NCBI GenBank assembly: GCA_029717555.1
Contig: JAMDHS010000025.1
Location: 1-64,000, forward strand
Reading direction: 5' to 3'
DNA length: 64,000 nucleotides
Source of the DNA: Peribolospora baueri
Lineage: Eukaryota
In this document: in pieces, positions 1 to 14,007 of the stretch
Position numbering within the stretch: the first letter of the stretch is position 1
Layout: every line of letters begins with the position of its first letter
Position numbers and translations under genes: made by a program
Notes under the pieces: generated by a model
What the model was told of the DNA's origin: nothing
What the model saw: the letters and a program-made list of their open reading frames with translations, nothing else
Databases searched by the model: none

Positions 1-50
1 GAAGGGGGAGGGGTGGGGGGTGGGGGTGGGGGGTGGGGAGGGGGAGTGGG
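1..50. repeat. G-run tract with G-quadruplex potential
   Basis: Multiple G4-G6 runs separated by single T or A. Confidence 0.75.
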
Positions 51-1732
51 CTCTTGGGACGGGAGACGAGATGCAGATATGTGAGGACGGCAGGACGGGA
101 GAAGAATTCAGGAAGGGCTGGACCGGACCGAGAGAGTATGATGAAGGGTTGCGATGTTGAGGGCCGCGGACCTGGCCGGGCCCGGTATTGCTGACACTAG
201 TTGGAGGGACGCCTTCGCGGGTCCCAGGGTCGGAGAGCCAGCTCTCGAGCCGAGGGGAATAGACATAAAGGGCGGAAGGCGAGCCGGATGAGGAAAGGAG
301 AAGTGAGCACGTCGACGACGATCGAGGAGGAAAGAAGCGTGACGAGAATCCGTTGGGCGGTGGGTAGGGCGACGACTGGCCTTGAGCAGGGCCAAGCGAC
401 GACACGCCGGTTCCGCTACGGACATTCGGGATAGCTCAACGTTCCCGCCAACCTTGCCGCCCGTTCACAAGCGACGTTCAATCCCAGTAGGGCGCGCCAC
501 AAGGGCACGGCTTAGCACATTTGCACACCTTTAGATCGCTGTACGACGAAGCGGAAGCAGTTGGAAGACGTGAGGCGGTGTGAGGGCCCAAGACGAAAAG
601 CACGACCGCCTATGCCTGCCGTTTTCGAACTCACGGATCCATGTGGCAAGAGCAGTTGGGGTTCGGGCACGACCCATGCCCCCTCACGCCCTTTCCAGAC
701 GCCGGCGGTAGAGCGCGACCGGCGCCAGACTCGAGTCTCGTCTCATCCTCTCTGGCGCCGGATTGGCAGCAGCCGCCGGAAGCCTGTTCCTGAGACGGCT
801 CGGGGAGACGAGCGGAGCAGCAGCGAGGGGTGGCGCGGACGGGCGTGTCGTGCTGCTCCCGGTCGATCCGTCACGGGGTACGATAACAAGAGAAGGCATA
901 CGCGAACAAAGAAATTCCAATGAAAAAAAAAAACAAGCCGGCAGGCGATCGGGGTCAGCGAAAATTGCGGGGATCTCGGGACCTTCTTCACATGGAAACC
1001 CAAGTCACGACCGGCACGACGAGGCACCCGGAGCGCTCCGCCCCCGCGGCATCCGACCCCCCTTGGCCGCGCGCGCAGGTGCCTGGGGGGGAATGGAACG
1101 CGCAGCGTACGTTCCTACCTGGACCGGCGTTCCCTCGTCGCGCCCCCCGTCCCTGATCACCGAACGCAGGCCCCGGCCACTCGATCGCCTCGCCTCGCCT
1201 CGCCTCCGCAGAGCGAACGAGGTAGCTGCAAGCGACGCGCGATCGCGATCATGCACAACGAATGCGCGGCAAGCACGTGCCTAGTTTGTGTGGTACGGGC
1301 ATGTCCGCTCTCGGTGCACCGGCTGATCGGCGGGCGGCTGAGCGGGCGGGGATGGGATCATGGACGAGGGGCGCGGGGGGATAGGGGAAGGGAGAGATCG
1401 GGATCGAGAATGCAGAGGGCACGAGGGGCGAGGGCGAAAGCGAAGGCTTTGGCAGGCCGACGAGGAGGAAAGAGGAGGGAGCGGGGTCGGTCGACTACAC
1501 TCACCTCCTTCGTCATCGCCCCGGCCTCTTTAGAAAGGGTCATTGGGATGCGGGAAGGGAGGGAGAGTGGGTGGGAGGGCTGTGAGGCCGAGGTGGAGGG
1601 TTAAGTACGCGTTGGGCGACCGACTTGGGAGCGCGCAGGAGAGGGGGTGCGGAGTTGTGGACGGAGGGGGCAGACGGAAAGACGGAAGATGCGGGGGGCG
1701 GAGGGCGGTGGGAGCGGTGGCGGCGAGGGCGG

Positions 1733-1774
1733 CGTGGTGATGGTGGTGATGGTGGTGGTGGTGGTGGTGGTGGT
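1733..1774. repeat. (GGT)n/(GAT) trinucleotide microsatellite
   Basis: gtggtgatggtggtgatggtggtggtggtggtggtggtggtc. Confidence 0.85.
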
Positions 1775-4493
1775 CGAGGGAAAGGAGACGGTGGAGGAGG
1801 GGGAGGATTATATCACATATCGAGTTCATCCTGGGCCTCCACGCGCTCCTACCTCTGCGGGCGGGCGGTGTGTGGGTGGGTGGCTCGCGATTGGTGAGGG
1901 CGGCGTGGCGCCGATCTCATTCCATCCATTCATCCATCTCTCCATCTCTCCATCTCTCTCTCTCTGTCTCTCCGTCCATTCATCCATCTAACGCGTGCGT
2001 TCACCCCAGTCGTGCTCGCGTGGACGGGGATCATGATCATGTGTCGTACCCGTATGTCCTCGCCCGTCTTCCACTCACCCTCCCTCCGTCCTGCCGTGCG
2101 CCGTGGCGTCCGCGGTGCGTGACGCAGAACGAACGAAGGAAAGCGACGGAGCGGAGAGAAAGCAGGGCGAGCAGGAGTCCCGAGACGGGTCCGCTGAACG
2201 CGTGGTGTAGTTCGAGAGTAACGTTAGAGCATTTACGACGGGCGACGGGCGACGGCCACGGCCACGGCCACATCCTAGATGGACGACCAGGTCGGGTCGA
2301 TGATGCCCGTCGGCGACTTCGGCGCATTCTATTTAGCTCAGCAGGTCGGGTCGGCTCGCTCCCCTCGACGGTGACCACGGGCGCAACGTCGGCCGCCGTG
2401 ACCGAGGGCGAGCGGCCAACAATGGCGATGGCGAGCAGCAAGGCACACAACGACCCACGAAGGAAACAACGAAATGAACCGACGACGTCGCCATCATCAT
2501 CCCCGCCCCCTTCCCCTTCGGCCCCACTCAATGTCTTTTGAGCTAACCTTGCGCCTCCAACCGACGTCATTCCCCTCCCTTCCGCAAAATCCGCCGGAAG
2601 GCCAGTGAGCTCGGCGACGCAAACGGGACGTTCCGATGCCGCCGTGGACAGTGGCCAGACAGGCCGAGTCGAGTCAGCCCGGAGATGGGGACAGACAAAA
2701 CCAGCGAGCCAACGACGGGATCGCGCGGGCAAGTAACCAAATATTGTCCAACCTTTTTTTTTTCTCAGCCCTTACTTCATTCGCCCACGATTCTGTCGTA
2801 GATGGCCTCGACGACGGGACCGGGTCGCATTTGGTGACGCAGCGTATGCTCTCTACCTGCCCGCCGTCGGTGGCCGCCGGCAGTCCCGGACCCCCGGACA
2901 GCCGGCGGCCGTCGGACGGCGGCGGCTCCAGTCGAGAAAGAAAGAATATGAGATGGGACAAGCGAATGAACGTGCGTCGTCCGTCAGCCAGAGTCGAGCG
3001 GCGAAGCTTCACCCGTTTGCTCCGCTCCTCCCACCGAACAGCCGTCTCCGTCGGATATCTTGGAACGCTACTGTACTGTATTGTACGTACCGCCGGCGGA
3101 TCCAACATGGCCGGCGATCCACCCAACCCACTCCATGCGGCGGCTACTCTAGCCGGCCGGCCACACAGCCAGCAGCCGCCTGCGACGCCTCCCCTTCCCC
3201 GTAATTCGGTTGGGCGGGCGGGCGGGCGGGCGGGCACGACGGAAATCGACCGAGAAACGCGCGCCCCGATATGGGGGAGATAGCGATGTGGCTGTGCTCC
3301 CCGGAGGCGGACCGCCGCCGTCGTCGGCTAGCTGAGCACGCTTGCGGAGTGCTTAGAGGCCTTAAGAACGGACTCTGATCTGTTCGGTTCGTGCAACTGT
3401 GGACACTGTACACTACACGGTCACCGCCAGTCGAGGGCGCGCGCGACCAAGCCGATGAGAGCAGAGCGTATGCTGTGGAATCCGAATCCGTGCGTCGACA
3501 GAAAGGACCAAAAGGGGGAAAAAGAAGGACGAAAAGGGACCGACGGATGACGCCCGTGCAGTCTGGGGCCTCCATCCGTGCCTCCCTCCATCCTTCCTCG
3601 AGATTCACTTCCGCGCACGCAGGCACATGCGAATGAACCCTCCTCTCTCTCTCTCTCCCACAGCACAGAGTTACCGCACCGGCGGGTGGACGGATTTGAA
3701 ACATACGCAGGGCGTGACTGACTGACGTAGACGTACGTACGTACCTTGGGCTCGAGTAATAATTATACTTGCCCAGGTCATCATCCTTTATTGCCTTGCT
3801 TTGCTTGCGCGGGTTGATTCCTCGCTCATCTCGATCTCGACTGCGCCGCGTCTGCAAGCCATCGCGGAATCGCAGCTCGGCAAGCAGGGCGTCGCACCGG
3901 TCCTATATTTCATTCGTTCTTCGTCCACCTCCGCGGCAGCGATCGAGAGGCGGCGACAGCCGAGCCGGACCGGGTCGACCCGACCCGTCCGTCCGCTCAT
4001 TCAGCGGTCGGCGGTCGGCCTCGACGGGATCAGGCTGGGCTGGAAGGCCACTCCGTCTTTCGATTGCCCCGTCTTCCTCCAATCTGTCGCCTCGCCTCGC
4101 CCGCGCCCACCCACCACCTTCCGTCTCCCACCGGCGCGAGGAGCAGTCGCGCGCCACGTGCGTGTTCGAAGCGTCCACTCCACCACTGTACGTGGCGTGT
4201 ACGTCGAAGGCAATACAATACTGTCCTGTACATACATTCCATTACACTCGGTCCGGTTCGGTTCTTGTGTCTCGATTGGCGGCGCGCTTGTTTGCGCGTC
4301 TCAACGTGGCACACACACGGCCCGAGCGCGGTGCAAAGGAAGCAAGACTTGCCGGCCTGGGGAGCGGCTTTGTGGCCGCATCCACTGTGCGTGCGTACGA
4401 AACGTGAGCGAAAGAAAGAAGAAGAATAAAAAAAAAGCTTGTCGTGACATTGCGCATGCACGTCCGACATGTCATGTCGTTTGCCGCCCACCC

Positions 4494-4565
4494 ACTTGCA
4501 CTTGCACTTGCACTTGCATTTGCACTTGCGTTTGCACTTGCACTTGCACTTGCACTTGCGTTTGC
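4494..4565. repeat. Hexanucleotide microsatellite (TGCACT)n, about 11 imperfect copies
   Basis: acttgcacttgcacttgcacttgcatttgcacttgcgtttgcacttgc... Confidence 0.9.
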
Positions 4566-5416
4566 TGGCTGCCGATGCGACACTTTCTTTGGCTTTGGAA
4601 ACGAACGAAGGACCGGAGGTCACGGCGCTTGACCATCTCGGCATCACTAAGTGCGTACGTAGTCCGGGTAGACAAGGCGCGCTAGGATCTGGGGGCGAGA
4701 TCTGGGGTCGGTTCGGGGGGGGGGTGGGGAAACACGGTTCCACGACGCCGGGGTGGTCGGAAAAGGAAAAAAGTCGGGACGAGGATCGCGGAGCGGGTGC
4801 GGATGGCGTCGGGTCAACGAAATGAGAGCGCATGGGTACGTACACACGTTACGTTGCGCATGCACGCAGACGCTTCGCTTAACGACACCTCCCACGTCGC
4901 TCCCAAGGTCATACATGCCGAGTCCTTCGGGTGTCTAGCGAGGGAGAGGAAAGGCTACTCGAGCTCTCTCTCTCTGTGACACACACACATACACATACAC
5001 GGCGCGTCTCGGACGACGCAAGTGACTAGTGACTGACTCGCACGACGACGGACGTCGCCGACGCCTCTGATGACTGACCCACGCTCATCTCCCCCGGCGC
5101 TTATCTTCGCGCCCCGGCACAGGCACAGGTGACCCACCCCACCCGCCGACACCGGCCCGGACGAATCGAAGCGAATCGAAGCGAGCTCGAGCGACCGCCA
5201 AGCCACCGTGAGCCTTGGGTGGGTTACCCCCTAACTTCCGGCCGAAACTTTCTTTTTTACTCGTCCAAAGTACCGATCGATGGAGCTGGGTGGATATAAT
5301 CGTCGCCTAGTCTTCCGCCACTGCCGTCTGTCTAGGTCTGCAGGATCACAGAGTCGAGTCACGACGGCTCCCTTTTGACACGACCTCTCGAGCTCGAAAA
5401 AGCCCATTCCATTCCG

Positions 5417-7413
5417 CTACAGGTATCCTCCCCTCCTCCTAGTGATCCCCGACCCGGGCGGGGCACCAAACTCGACGCCACTGGGCGAACCGACGCCGTA
5501 GCTCGGATTCCTTTCCTCCTTCACCACTCCTAGAGAGGAGGAGGAGGACTGGTTCGGTGGTGGCCTCCACACTCTTCCTCCCGCTCCCGCTGGACCGCCT
5601 CCAGCGCTGAGGGAGGGAGTGGCAGAGGCGTAAGAGCGAGGACCGCCGACGGAGCGCAAGGCCCTCACGATGAAAGCGTGGACCTTGACGGTAGGGTAGA
5701 AGACCGGCAAACGAGAGGGGAGGAACGGCGGTAGCGGTCGCGGTGGCGACGTCGGGACGGCCGGAGACCGGTTGGCCGCCCGGCTCGCTGGAGGAGCGGC
5801 GAAGGGCACGGGAGAGAGAGGGTATGGCTTCGAAGTCGTCGCTACGATGATGCACTTGGCACGCGACGAAGTAAGGTGCGATGTAAGTGAAGACAGCAGA
5901 CGCTAGAATCAAAGAGATGGCTCGCAAGAGCAAAAAAAGCGCCCGGATGTCTTCGAAAAACTCACGATGGGGAACACGAGCGAGAAGAGGACGAGGTTGA
6001 CGATCGGTGACGGGTGGAACCAAGAGATGGTGGTGCACGGGAGACCGAAAGCTGCAAAGTAGGCCCATCGAGACTCGACGTAGCGCACACGCTGCAGTCA
6101 TGCGGAAGCGCACAAGCCCAGAAAGCAAATCGAGCCGTGATCGATATCGATGGACGCGAGTTAAGTTGGTAGCACCGCGGAGAGCAGACGATCGTCCTCG
6201 ATCGTCCTCGCGCTGAACGACCGTTCCTGGGAGGACAGCTTACCTTCTGCAAGTCCCACCCTTTTCCAATCCAAACCTGTTCAAAGCAATCTGTACGCAG
6301 ACAGGGGCAGCAGACCAAAGCTCGTCAAGGGACCCTCCGGCGTATGCTCTTTCCAAATTCCGGCCCACACGTCCGATACCGGACTCACAATATGCGTCTA
6401 CGATGCTCATAAACGCAAAGCTCAGGACGGGTCCCAGGAACGGGATGAGATTGAGCAAGTAGCAGATCACGAGGTAGGACAGGATGAGGATGACACGGTA
6501 GGATTCGGAAACGACGCGCGGTAGGAGTCTGGGTGAAAATAAAGAAAAGATGCGCGAACGGTCGATCTGGTCAGCGTCCTCTGGTGGGCACGACATTGCG
6601 CTCTCCGTGCTTAAAAAGGAGACAGGCGGAGCGCACCCATGAAAAACGGCCGGCGGTGCACGCTGCCCGACCTTGACGGAATACACAGTCTGGGCCACCG
6701 TGACGCTCCAGGTGGAAGCGAGGTAGTAGGATATGCCGACACAGGGGTATAGCCAGAAAATCTGTGGGGATCAGGAGACAGGGCCGTCGGCATGCGACAC
6801 CTCGCACGGTCATGATCGAGTTCGCGAAAAATTCGACGGGTCGCGCTCCAACGTCGAGACTCCCAGCCATGCCCTCATCCGCTTTCCACCAGCCCTCACA
6901 TTGTAAAGCATCCCGACGTGGGTATCAACATGCTTCGCATGCCCCACGCGCACCCTCACGAACGCCTTGGAGTGGTCCTCAAAAGGAAGCGCCGGAAGCA
7001 CGAGAAGATCAAAGGCAAAGACGGAACTGAGGGCGACAAAGTTGAGCAGCAAGCACTTGAGAACCGGGAGACGGATGTCTGGAACACTTGTGGAGGGATA
7101 ACGGGGGACAGAAGACAACGTCGGCCCATCGCGCTCGTCGTCCGGGTCATGTTGGCCGCTTAGTCGGCACCGTCCGGAACACTCACTCGGTCATCAACCT
7201 CCAAGCCTCCCTCCACCCGCACGCATCCTCCAGCCCCTTGAGCGCCCATCTGGCGTGCAAGCGCATCGCCTCGGCCAAGGCCATCTGATTCGGATTGGCG
7301 GAGAAGTTGTCGGACCAGCCATAGTCGTAGTCCGACTCGATGGGCGCGCCCTCGACGTCGAGGTCGACGGGGGAGGTGGGGTCGATGGAGTACGTGGAGC
7401 GGTGGTATGCCAT
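5417..7413 (-). CDS. EI24 (etoposide-induced 2.4)-like multi-pass membrane protein, multi-exon
   Basis: ATG at 7413 (MAYHRSTYSIDP...GLEDACGWREAW). Hydrophobic exons LKCLLLNFVALSSVFAFDLLVLP and SESYRVILILSYLVICYLLNLIPFLGPVLSFAFMSIVDAY|CFEQVWIGKGW resemble the EI24 pattern. The last exon ...RLPVFYPTVKVH...GGYL ends at TAG 5417. Confidence 0.7.
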
Positions 7414-7810
7414 CCCTGGGGATAAGACGCCGAGAGGAGCGACGATTGTCGTCAACCGTCAACCGTCAATCGTCGGTCGTCGTCGTCGTCGTCGATGCCA
7501 GCACCGCCAGCGCGAGGGTCGCGGTTCACGAGTCTGCTGACTAATCAACGCTGAACCAACCCAGTGGAGACGGATATTTCCCCGCATGCGCCGTCGTCGT
7601 CGTGCAGATGGCCGCCTCGTCCGCTCCACCACCGTCGCCTCATTGGTATGTCGAGCTTGGATCTCCGTTTAGTTGCCCTCAGCCGCTCATGACTCGTTTC
7701 CTCGTGTATATTCAGAGACCAACTTTCTGCCCGGCCGTTTGAGAATCCTTAAAACCCTCCCCCTTCCCTAGTTCACGAACCGAAGACCGCCTTTCCTCAC
7801 CGCACTCAAC

Positions 7811-9473
7811 ATGTCCGATTCCGCCTCTACGACCGCCTTCATTGACCCCTCCACTCTCACCCTCCGCTCTCTCTTTGACGTCCAGGGCAAGGTCGTGCTT
7901 ATCACCGGAGGTGGCACCGGGCTCGGCGCGTACCAAGCCACGGCTTTTGCAATCAACGGAGCGAAGGTGAGACATGGAGCGAGAGATGCAACAGCCTCGG
8001 CCCGTCATATTTCTCGCTTGGATTGAAATTGACATTTTCCATTTCCATTCATTTCAGGTATACATCACTGGTCGCCGGGAGAACAAGCTCCAGACGCTGG
8101 CCACGGAATATGAGCAGAAGAAAGGCGCTTCCACCGGCACTATCATTCCGTGAGCTTCTCACCGGTCTAGTTGCGTCCTCGAGTGCCAACATCCAACCCA
8201 CTCTCGCCCTTCTTCCCTCATTATTTGCCTCCTTCTTCTATTCCCGCTTGCCCAGCTTGGTAGGCGACATCTCTTCGAAAGAGTCCATCGAAAAGCTCGT
8301 CACAGACTTTGGGGAGCTTGAACCCGGTCTGGATGTGCTGATCAACTGCGCGGGTATTGTAAGGTATCCGCCCTTGTGGGCTGAACCAGATGATGGTGAG
8401 CGATGAGAAGGAGATTTGCAGAAGGAAAGTGGCTTGACAGAGGCCAGGTACAGTCAGCTCAATCATATTTGCGCTCCTACACCTGTTCTCGATGTGCAGT
8501 GGAGAATGTTCAGAAGGCGCTCTGGTCACACAGATGGTGAGCTGTGTGACGCATGCCCTGGGTAGAAGAGGCAGCCCGCCTCGAGGCACGCCAAGCTAAG
8601 AGGTCATTCTCTGTTTTACTTCCTCTTTCAGGGAAGACTGGACGAAATCTTACGAAATTAACGTCAATGCTGTTTACTTTACGACCGTTGCCTTTATTCC
8701 TCATCTCCGCAAAGCCCCTGCTGGTGATCCTTCTGTGCTCAATATCACGTCTATAGCCGGCTATCACATATCCCGTGGCGGCGCCAACTCCTCCTACCAG
8801 ACGTCCAAGGCAGCCGCCAATTACCTGACGGAAAACTTGGCGAGCAGGCTGTTGACTTACAAGATCAGGGTGAACGGCATCGCACCTGGGTAAGTGATGT
8901 CACAGCGGGGAAGGCGGGCCGATGCCGGCACTTGCAGAGAGCAATATCATCTCTTCCCGCTCCACCCCTGGACTGTCTGACTTTTTCTTTAAACCTCCCG
9001 CCTCATTGGCCAGCCTCTTTCCTTCGGAGATGTCCAATCCTGACCCCGAAACGCTCGCCAAGACCAACCCCGGCGTTAAGGGTATCCCCAAGGGCGAGTG
9101 TAAAATGCCTAGAGGCCTTCCTTTTCCTACCGTATCTTCTCATTTGTGCCCGCTCGCTTCTCTGCAAGGTGCTCTCGCTCAATTGCCCATCCTATTTTAC
9201 ACTCCCCACACTCCCCTATATTAGGCCGACCGGGCACGCCTGAGGACATTGCTGGCCCGTCCCTCATGCTCGCCTCTCGTGCGGGAACTTACATCAATGG
9301 ACAAATGATCTGTGTTGATGGTGGCCGACTGATGGTCAGCAGCGATGAGTGACGGGTCGGCTGTTTTCAGAGTGGAAAATCATCTGAAACTGACCTTTTT
9401 TTTTTTTTTTTTCCCTTTTCCTCCATGTACATTTTCGTCCTCGATCCAGACCCTCTCCGCCACAGCGTTCTAG
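7811..9473 (+). CDS. Short-chain dehydrogenase/reductase (classical SDR), multi-exon
   Basis: GKVVLITGGGTGLG (TGxxxGxG), DVLINCAG, catalytic YQTSK (YxxxK), IRVNGIAPG and GRPGTPEDIAG...YINGQMICVDGG. Final exon TLSATAF* ends at TAG 9471-9473. Confidence 0.92.
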
Positions 9474-9696
9474 AGTGCGTCCTTCCGATGACAAGCCAGA
9501 GACGCAGAATGTAGCAATCGGATTTGCAAATCTCACACATGAAATCGTGACCAAACGAGAGGGAGATAATCACATTGCAGAGATGGAATGGTATCGATAT
9601 GCATGGATGCAAGTGATGTTCTCATGCGCAGCAGCACCTACAGGATAAACGAAACAGATAATCAAAGACACAATACCGACCATCCCCGAGGGATCC

Positions 9697-12600
9697 TCAG
9701 TCGCTCGCATACCTTCTCGCCGGCAAAGCCCTCCCCAGTAACAGGCACTCCTTGACCCATTCGACATCGACCACCTTCACCGTCTTCCATTCGGCAGATT
9801 TGGAGAGTCCCTCCGGGACGGGCATTTTGTCCTCTAGAACCAGCACCTCGTACTGGCGAGGCTCGAGCTCGGCGTCCGAAAGGCGCGTTACGCCCTCTAC
9901 ACGGGAGGCGCCCATCGCTGCGAGGATGTAGCGATGATCGTACTGCCGGTGAGAAACCAACGAATACCTCATCAACATCGAAGGAAAACCTGCACAGCGG
10001 GCGGGGAAAGCGAAACAAGAAAGGTTCGACGCACTTGCTTTTCCTTCTTGGTCATCAGAAGGAAGCTCAGACCGGTGAAAGGCCGGGCTACCGGACGGTC
10101 TCGATCGTCCAGAAGGTTAGACACGACCGGCGCTTTCGAGCCCCAGAACCATGATTGTGAGGTCGGCGCTTGCAGATGGGTGGACAGACCGGCAGAGAGC
10201 AGGTAGCCTTGCCACGGCCAGACGGTGCCCTTGGAGTGCGTGAGAGTCCGAGCGTCAGTGATGGCACATCTAGACCCTTGGTTGGCGCGCGAAGAGCGAT
10301 GGCTCACCTCAGTTATGCAATCTTTAAGCCACCTCGTGCTGACGCAGGGGATACTCAGCGCGAGCGCGATGAGGAACTTGGGTGTCTTGACCGCCGTATC
10401 CGCAAGGAGGAGAAGATCGCGACCCGCGAAGATCTGTGCTTCGCCTTCGTCGATGTTGAGACAATCGAACCCGACCGCCTTGGATCTGGGGTCCACCTCG
10501 GGCTGATGGCGATCGGTGGCCTGGTCTCGGTTCTTCAGGGTGGCAGTGGCACCGCGCAGTTGGTAGATCTTAGTGATGTCGGTTAAGACCATACCACCGT
10601 GTGCCTCGACTTGCTTTCGAAGATCCACTTTCTGCGTCGAGACCCCGTTCGCAGCCGGAGGCAGGGTCAGCATGAAGCAGAACTGTGAGAGCATGTCGGT
10701 CTGTCCAACTTGGCCGACCGGGGACGTCTGGCGTCGATGCGCTCTCGCCTTCGTTGGCGACACGAGTTGGTAGAAGGCAGCTGACGGATGTGCTTCAGGA
10801 TGCGCAGATGTCGACCTTCGATCATCGGGTGCCATTATGGAACTAGTGCTGACGATTTGAGCTCGTGCGAGCAGGCGGTCATTGAGGCACTTTGCCTTCG
10901 TTGGTTTGATGCTGAGAGCAGAGAGTGGCGCATCCACAACGGCTCCCGTGCGGGTCAACTGAAGAATGGATACCTTCACGATAGCGTCTTTGCTGAGCGC
11001 ACATCGGTTGCCGCTGCCTTCTGCCGGCAATCCAGGGCTGACAACCTCAAGGACCATGGCGTCCCATTCCTCCTTCCCTTCCGCGTACAGAACTTTGTCG
11101 CCGGGTATGAGCTGGCACCTGCGCAGCGCGCGGACTTGCACGTCTTGCACATCGCCGTCGTCGTCAAAGAGGACACGAACCGAAGGTTTCTCGCTCGCAT
11201 CGACGGAAATGATGGTACAAGGGTACCAGTCCTTACACTTCCAACGAGCAAACGCGCGGCTGGAACGAAAGTCGCGCGACGATGGATCCGACGAGCGTTC
11301 ACGATCGGAGTCGGCCGCTCTGCCACCGGATGCTCTTGAACTTACGAGCGAGTGCGCCCGGCAACGTGTGCCTTCCACTGCTACACAGACAAGAGCCGCG
11401 AATTCTTGAGCATACGCAGAATCCACTAGAATAAACGCGGCTGGCCAATAAACTCACCCCTTTGCTGAAGTTGTTCCTCTTCTCTAGGCATTCCTTCCTC
11501 ACTATCGCTCTCCGCATATACGCTCTTTCCCCTCTGTACCACCGCGGCCTTCGCCGTTCTGGATGGTCCGGTGCGCCTCTTCCGTCCCTGAACAACTTTA
11601 CTCCTCCCTTCCTGGAGTGCTGCGTCGTTCGGCAAGGCAGTCTCCTGATGGACGATGCAAAAGTAAGGCCAAAGGTAACGTTAACGTGAGACGCCCAAGA
11701 ACGAGCCATAGAGGAGCTTCCAACAAACCCACTCTTGTCAAATGCGTCGCCATGCTTGCCTTAGCTGCCGAAGAGAGCTTCTGCGGCGCGGCGTCCCCAT
11801 CGCTCTCATGCCGCGTGGAAGTTACGGCGGTCGAATCTTCATGTGCAGCCATCCCAGCGTGCAACATCCTCCGTCTCTTCACGCCACACGGCTCAAGAGC
11901 CACCATCTCCTTCCGTTTCGCCGACTGTCTGCTCGCTCGACACGATCGTTCAGTCGTTGCGGCCGCTGTGACTGGCGCCTCGTCGGCTTCGACAGCTTGC
12001 TCTACTTGACTGTTCGGAGCCCCGGGTGAAATCACTGGCTGAGGCAGCGCTTCCTTATGCACAGCCTGCGGCGACGACCGAGGTGAACTTGATCCTGCGA
12101 TGCCAGCATTAACTAGACTGGCTGCTGCTTCTCCTTCCTGATGCTGGTCGCTATCCGGAACCACCGTCGGTGGCGGCTGATCAACGAATGTGGCTTCGCC
12201 CGGGCTGGCAAGTAAAGTCTCCTCTAAGGGCATCGGATTCAGTAGGGCATCACGGCGAGGCGCGTCCTCGATGACTTGGATGCCACGTCTAGCGCAAAGC
12301 TCCCGATACAATTGGAGGCCTTCTTCTTCTGACAAGTTGGAGTACCTGTGGCGCTTAAGCTGGCGAGATGCGGGTATGGAGCGGCTCGAGCTCGCTCTGC
12401 TGGCGTCGGTGGCCTGATTTGTCCGAGAGATAATTGCGCCAACGTGCGAAACGTTCGCATCTGTCGAAGGTGTCGGGGCGATTTGATCGGTAGGTTGGCC
12501 ATGCGAAGACGTACTGCGCACGAGGTACGTATCTGCATTGGCGCAAGGTGAGCTGCTTGTTTCGATCATGGCCGAAGCGGGGCTCGCAGGTGCGGCCACA

Positions 12601-13952
12601 GCGACCTGTTGCCGTCGAATCGACTGTTGCGCATGTTCGATCTGATCTATTGAATCTCTAAGCCCGCCGCTAACCAAGCTTTGACGTGCCGCCTTGGTGA
12701 CACGTTCAGCATCGAGTTCGCCGGCGTGTGGTCCGCTCGCCTCTCCGCTCGCCTGTAGCTGCACCTCTGCGTGGTTAAACCGAGGAGCATAAAGGCAAGG
12801 ATCTTGGCTTCTGCGATATCGGGCCGACGTTGCTGTGGAGGTGTCCCTGTCCTCAACGCCAGTGGCCTGTGTGCCCGAGCGATTTCGCACAAGCTCCAGG
12901 CTAATAACTGAATCAGAGAGTTCCGGATAGCGCTGCGGAGTGTCCTCACGCCGGTCTCTATTCGGGGTAATTTTATCGCGGGGGGTGTTGCCGCTGTTAC
13001 TAGCCCTTATTTGCGCTAAGGGGTCGTCCCCCATACTGCTCCGCGGGTAATGACTGACAAAGTTGGGATCGCTCTCCTCCGTCCCTTCTCCGCTATGCGA
13101 GGCGGCGCCGTCGACTGAGTCCGATTTCGCCTCTTGTAGCATCTTCCAGCTCGCATATCTTGAAAAATTGGAGTTTTTCATCAAAGGACCCACCTCGGCG
13201 ACCATTTTTCCGGGAATTGCGTCCGCAATAGCCGCCTTTCTGCCATACGTGGTGGGCGCTGGCGCAGGTTCGGATGCGTTAACGGAGGATTGGGACATAA
13301 GTGCAGGAGAAGAAGAACAGTCCGAGCTCTTCTCGACGGACGTGGCCGACAGAGACGAGAGGCTTGCGTGAGCACTTGATACTCGTCGATGATCCACTGG
13401 CGGCATCACTGCGCCGGGCCGGTCGATCTGACGGAGTGCCCAAGTCGATCCACTGGACAACGCCACCTTTCCATCCCGCACCTTCCCTTCTTCCACTCGC
13501 CCCTTTCCCTCTGGCAGGTTCTCCTTCTGTGACCCTCCATCCTCCCTGTCATCTTGCTGACCGATGTTGACTGCCCGTGTGACCTGCGTCTCTGCGAATA
13601 TCGATTGGCTAAGGCTGAGACGGAGGTCCACGGGTTGGGAGGAAGGTCCAGCAACGGGAGAAAGGTCCATGATAGTATCCACAAATGGTCGCTCGCCGCT
13701 GCTTGATTCGTTGCCGTTGGTGCTGGAGGGTATCAAGGGACCGACGGACGTTGGTGAAATTAAAAGCCAGGCTACGCAGCCTTGCGGTTGAACAACTGCA
13801 GAACAGTGAGATGGCTCTGCGAGCGCTGTACCATCTTGCCTGCGACCGATCCCTGGGAGCCCTGCTGCTGGAGGCTGGATGTCGAAGTCGTGCTGACGAA
13901 TGGAGCTTGACATGAGACCCGCAGACGGTCGCCCATCTCGCTTCCCGGCCAA
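9697..13952 (-). CDS. Rad9/Crb2/53BP1-like DNA-damage checkpoint mediator (disordered SQ/TQ-containing N-terminus, Tudor, tandem BRCT). Start codon uncertain (in-frame ATGs near 13913 and 13670)
   Basis: Tudor-like FARWKCKDWYPCTI...VRVLFDDDGD, BRCT1 LLADTAVKTPKFLIALALSIPCVSTRWLKDCI and BRCT2 VVDVEWVKECLLLGR, with a long low-complexity N-terminus containing scattered SQ/TQ. Confidence 0.78.
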
Positions 13953-14007
13953 AGCGATCGATCAGCCGCTGGTCGTCGACGCCTGGCGGACGGCACGTGC
14001 GGGCGGG

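Noticed and set aside
1870..4980. Many 100-300 aa ORFs, including poly-His, CT/CK and AS-repeat peptides
   Set aside because: They arise from microsatellites and high GC, mostly have non-ATG starts, and show no domains.
11427..11457. Apparent ~32-nt intron in the Rad9-like gene
   Set aside because: A same-phase acceptor (TGTGTAG near 11381) gives an ordinary ~76-nt intron.
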